A DNA stretch of 64,000 nucleotides, from positions 62,001-126,000 of the forward strand of contig CBFFRP010000395.1 in the NCBI GenBank assembly GCA_965644295.1, given 5' to 3'. The notes beneath the pieces are model-generated. The model worked only from the letters and a program-made list of their open reading frames with translations. It made no database searches and had not been told where the DNA came from. This DNA is from Paraphysomonas bandaiensis. Its lineage: Eukaryota; Protista; Chrysophyceae. The position numbers and the translations under genes were made by a program. Below, piece after piece: positions 59,275 to 64,000 of the stretch. Numbering within the stretch: position 1 is the first letter of the stretch; each line of letters starts with the position of its first letter.

Positions 59275-62200
59275 ATGGAAGAATCAAATAGTAAACATGC
59301 AATACAATATGGTGATTATATATATTTTCATGTTGATTCCACTGGTTTTTTTGCTTATCCATCACAAGATGAACCACTATGTGAAAGATCTGATACAATA
59401 AGTCATCTGCGTGCAATACGAGCCAAACCATCCAATTTTCCAAGTGACTTTAATTTGAGGTATTACACTATATTCGAATATCTACAAGCTAACAATACAT
59501 AGATGTACTTTTCAAATTGTAGGTGAAAAAGGACAAATTCGTGCGGCACCGATAACTTATGGCTCGTTTGTGCGATTGATTCATCAACCAACAGGACTTA
59601 TTGTTGTTGCAAGTAATCACGAAGATTCATACAACAGCTTAAACTCGTACAAGAGTGTATACTTGAGAAATAGTCTCACACCGTTTGAAGAAATGGCTGC
59701 ACAATGGCAAGTTCTATCGCGGTATCGCTTAAGAAACGAGGGCGATCAAGTCATATCGAGTGACTACATTGTGCTTCGAAGCTTTTTATTCAAGCGCAAG
59801 TACTTGACTCTGATCCCACCTAGCGTGGGACCGACAGGTTCGGAGCAACGAAGCAGCACTTTCGACAGTCTTGTTGGTTTACAAGAGAATGCATTCGAGA
59901 AACTAGGATGGCAAATCAATCATCTGATATCACACACAGATATGCTACAGTCGACTGGAGCTGTTGACATCATGAGCGGTAGTTTTATACGTTTGAACCA
60001 CCAGGAGGTAAGTGGTCACCTAATCGTCCGCAGTGACGATGCCTCTCTTCTTTGTGGTGGCCTGGCTCCTCTGGGCCGGGTGTGCGACAAGCTTTGCACA
60101 CCTGTTACCCACTCATCTGGCGTGTTCGTTCGATCCAAGAGCGTTTTGTCGGACCCGAAGTCTGCCCTTGGTGTGTGGCAACTGGTCCCGGAGGTGCTGA
60201 ATAGGCCAGGTCGGTTGAAGAGTGGCTCGGGTGTGCGGCTTAGACATGTCCTTACTGGGGGATACCTTTGCGTAAGACCTGTGAGCGCCGTGGACACCGA
60301 GGCTCTGCAAAAGGCTGCCACCAAGCCACGTAACGGAGATGGTATAACTGAGTCCAAAGAAATAATTCCGGATGGGAAAAGTGTGACAGTTGCCACGTGT
60401 GCTAGTGCTGATCGCTCCACTCTGTTTTTAATATATTCGGCTGACGTCTTTGAAGATATAGCGGTACAGCAGGGTGTCCAGGGGGAGGCTGCGTACATTA
60501 CTACCAGAGAGAATGTGTTCTTCGTACACGACCAGACGCAGATGGTACTGCAACTGAAGCGCAGTACTGGGGGGGGGAAGAGTCTCCTCTCTACCCCTAT
60601 GTCTCGATCCGAGACGAGTAAGAGAAAGGTATGGGAGGATTATGTGGATGACCTCCAGCTTAAACCACGGTCGATGGATGCGAGTGTAGCAGTACTGAGC
60701 GAGGCTTACCGCATTGAAGTGCTTGATGAAAACGATGTACAAGACATCATATATACCTCCCGGTTCTTACCACTAGCCCGGTCTGCTCTGTCTCTGATTC
60801 AGTTTACGCCTAGAATGGACACGCTATTTCTTCCGCTGTATAGACAGTTCAATGTGGCGCTGTACACTCTGGCAGGGTGGCTCTCTAGCCAATACGAGAG
60901 TGATGGATCTTTAGTGTTGCACCCTACAAAAATTGGAAGGCAAGTGGAGGCAGAGATTGGTGAAGAGGACAGTGTTTCTAGATCTGTGTCCCTTGGAGAT
61001 GACCAGTTATCAGATGATTCACGTTCCACCCATATGTCGGGACACTCACATAGACAAGGTGCAGTAATGCCGGAGCAGTTTACCTTCTCGCAGGATGTGT
61101 CGGCCATGAACCCATGGGTGGGAAGGGGATGTAGCCACTATGCGAAGTCATCAATACCAAGTCCTATACCGAGCTCAAGGGATTCCGATACAGCATCTAG
61201 GCCATTCGTAATTTTTCGGCAGAATCTGCTGAGTGATAGCCGCCTGATTGACCTTCTCATCCAGTTCACGATCGTTGTATTCCGCCTGGTGGGGGAGCAG
61301 ACCCGACGATTGAGCGACGAATCGAGCATTCAGAAAAAACCAAATGATGCCAGTGATAATGGCACGAGTCAACAGGAGCTAGAGGCCATTCATAAAGTCC
61401 CCGCCATTGTACTCGGATGTTGTGTCCTCATTCATGACATAATACATGGGTGCGTATATCAGAACCGGAGGAATGCAGTGCGAATCTTGAGTGTCAATGG
61501 CTGTTTGTTGAATCTGATGGACCAGGAGATTCTTGGATGGAAACCACCCATTGGAACCCTATTGGTTGCTTTACAAATGTCTAAATTGGGCACTGTTACA
61601 CGAGATGTCGACACGTTTAGTACCACTAATATCCTATCCAAACAAGATATCCATAATTTGTTAAAAAAAACGTACGAGTTATATATGCGTAACGATGAGT
61701 CCGCAGTGCATATCCTTGAGCTGGTTACTACTTTATGTTCACCAGGAGAGATTCCGAATAGAAATTTTCAAGATTTAATTGCTCACGTTGTATTTTCTGC
61801 GAAAAGGATTCACACCGATGATCACAATAGTCCAGATGCAGACACTGCATCCGACCATAGCTCTAGCGTTGTGTCAAGGTCAAATTTGAATCTTCTTCCT
61901 GATCAAGCGCATTGTTTACTGTTTTCGACTCGCTGTTTCAACAAGAGCGCTTGGGAGATACTCCTAAAGGTGAAGTTTGACATATCTCATGTTCCGACCC
62001 CGGAGGAGGTGGTTCGCCAGGCGGTATCGGAAGAAGTGCGTGGACTCAATGCGCTTTTTAATTCGACTACAGGTCGCCATGAATTCACAAAACTGACCGA
62101 ACAGCACGCTGAGCGTATCCTAGCCGCATTGGGATTGGCTGGCCATGCTCTTGCGGAGGAAACATCCAACTTAACAGGCTGTACATACGATGGACTAGAA

Positions 62201-64000
62201 AAATGGTGGTGGGATAACCGAAAGTATTATTTCCCGTCGTCTATGCAGGAACTTAATCAGATGTCTAAAGAAAAGGTTGAGAACGAGATAGTTTCTTCAT
62301 TGATGATGTTTGATGATGACTCTGATATGAGCGAACTTGATGATGGGGTTGATGCTGATGACACCCCATCTGTTCCTCTTCCTGTTCTTGCCCCTGGAAC
62401 TACATCATCGGTTGCTCGACCAGGCGTATTCAAACGATTGTTCGGGTTTCGCCAGGCAGAGAAGCGGCGTATCGCTGATGTACGAGTACCCACTCCCCCT
62501 CCTACTGTAGTATTAGAGAAAAAGTTAATGGATGATGCACCAAAGCAGCCGAAAGTAAAACCTGTTGCTGTTGCGGAATCGCATCCTCTTGATGCACACG
62601 GATTAGAAGGCGAAATAATCGCCAGTGTGCAACATTTCAGCAAACAAGATGCGGAACTTACAGCCTACCAGAGACTGAGAAATGCATTACTTCAACGCAG
62701 TAGGCTGTTCGACATTGGCACTTTTGGACAGTACCGTGCTGTCCTCTCTTTGAAGGGGTCTGTATCGTCAGTAGCTTTCGTTGAGAAAGATTCTCCGGGA
62801 GTTTACTCAGGATTATCAATAATGCTAAATACAACACTGGATGACGCCAAGAAACGGCTCTTATCGAGACAGCGCGACGATAGTAATGAAAATTGGATGA
62901 ATTATCGTACATGCTTGTCACGGGCATCATTTGAACGTGATTGGATGCGAAAAACCATTATTCTAATGTATGAATTATGTAGAGGAAAGAATATATATGC
63001 TCAGAATAAGGTGCGCCGTCTTCTTCCACCCGACTTGGTGTTGGAATTGTTCAACTATGGCGAAAATGTAGACAAAACTGCCGCTTGCAGCTTACTCTTG
63101 AATTTGTATGTAGACCATGACTTCGTATTCTCTGCCACTGCGATAACGTGTGAGCAAGGACAGGTACTTAGCTTTGGGGAGATTAATTATCAACCGAGGA
63201 TGGATGCAGGAATGTTATTCAATCAGATGACAAGGTATATAAACCCTTCTGATGAAATTACAGCACAGTCGTTAAGGAGGAAGCTTTGGGACTTTGTGAG
63301 ATCTCATCTTCAATCTCTTTCCCTATCTAAAGTATCAACGTCTCTCACTAAGTATAATGTTGGGTTTCTTCTACTACTTCGCAAATTATTGAGCATCGGG
63401 TTTTTTGACGAATCAAAGAAATTTTTGTCTGAATCAGAAAGTTTGGTTCGGGCTGCTCATGAAAATAAATTACTTGAGGAAGAGGGACGTAGCATATTCA
63501 CATGTGTTCGTGGACTTCATACGGAAAAGTTTGATTCGGAATACATTGAAAGAGTTTTAGTCAAAAAGATAATTGAGTGTATGGATGCACATGAAAATGA
63601 CATAGATACCATTAAACGTGGTGTACTTGGAATTCTTGGTTCTGATCGTGATTTAGGAAGAATATCTGAAGACGAGTACGAGCTGATCAATTATCGAGTT
63701 CAATCTAGTGGTAGTACTACGATAGGATCGGACAATATCGAATATGTTGATAAGTACTTTATGTCAGTGTTTGGAGACCCAAATCAAATTATGGCATTTC
63801 GTGAAGTTGTTTCAACTTTGTCACTTATTCACGATATGAAACAGGTGCATTTAGCGAAGAAAGTCATGGCAATGCTTGGCAATCCAGATAATTTCTTCTC
63901 CAAATCCCTTCTGTCATGTGATATTGACCCTAACTCATTACCTCAATCTAAGATTATTAGGTTTTCCAGCTCTGCAAAGTCTACAATATCCCATCTCTTT
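59275..64000 (+). CDS. IP3 receptor / ryanodine receptor-like channel, 5' part (runs off the window); intron 59460-59502
   Basis: IQYGD..; PSDF..CTFQI; ITYGSFVRLIH; RYRLRNEGDQV; IRLNHQEVSGHL; MIR-like SALGVWQL and VRLRHVLTGGYL; RIH-like FRQNLL....LIDLL and LCRGKN; no stop seen in the segments translated. Confidence 0.8.

Noticed and set aside
60016-62930. Several minus-strand ORFs
   Set aside because: Shadows of the long plus-strand IP3R-like exon, which the track omits because it has no stop within the window

Overview
Gene-dense eukaryotic nuclear DNA with short GT-AG introns (mostly about 43-60 nt). Gene content and motifs (PTxxPT-stalk surface protein, GH81 with CCPT-type Cys repeats, GGK-tailed H2A.Z, IP3R-like channel) suggest a stramenopile/ochrophyte-like protist; this is inference. 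About 16 host genes are supported: ZNF474-like zinc finger plus SAH repeat, MAT1, a galaxin-like surface protein, SF3B3, MTHFS, ZW10, an NB-ARC/TPR/GGCT-like protein, a TM plus adaptin-appendage-like protein, AP1G1, a DUF4485 coiled-coil protein, MED14, GH81, a CHY zinc finger missed by the ORF track, an AzgA-type permease, H2A.Z, an EEF1AKMT4-like methyltransferase, and the 5' part of an IP3R-like gene. There are two DNA-transposon-derived elements: a pogo-like fold-back whose two ~550-bp arms both carry the transposase 5' end, and a 4.3-kb element with palindromic subterminal repeats carrying an orphan spliced gene. Copia and pogo relics are also present. Main highlights: (1) long (CATA)n tracts sit only upstream of genes, four of five between divergent pairs, and most genes have a sharply AT-rich first ~0.5 kb; (2) an NLR-like protein with an apparently catalytically dead C-terminal GGCT-like domain; (3) a Mu-killer-like inverted transposon; (4) a U1-like structured RNA candidate. 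All identifications come from motif recognition by eye, with no database searches.
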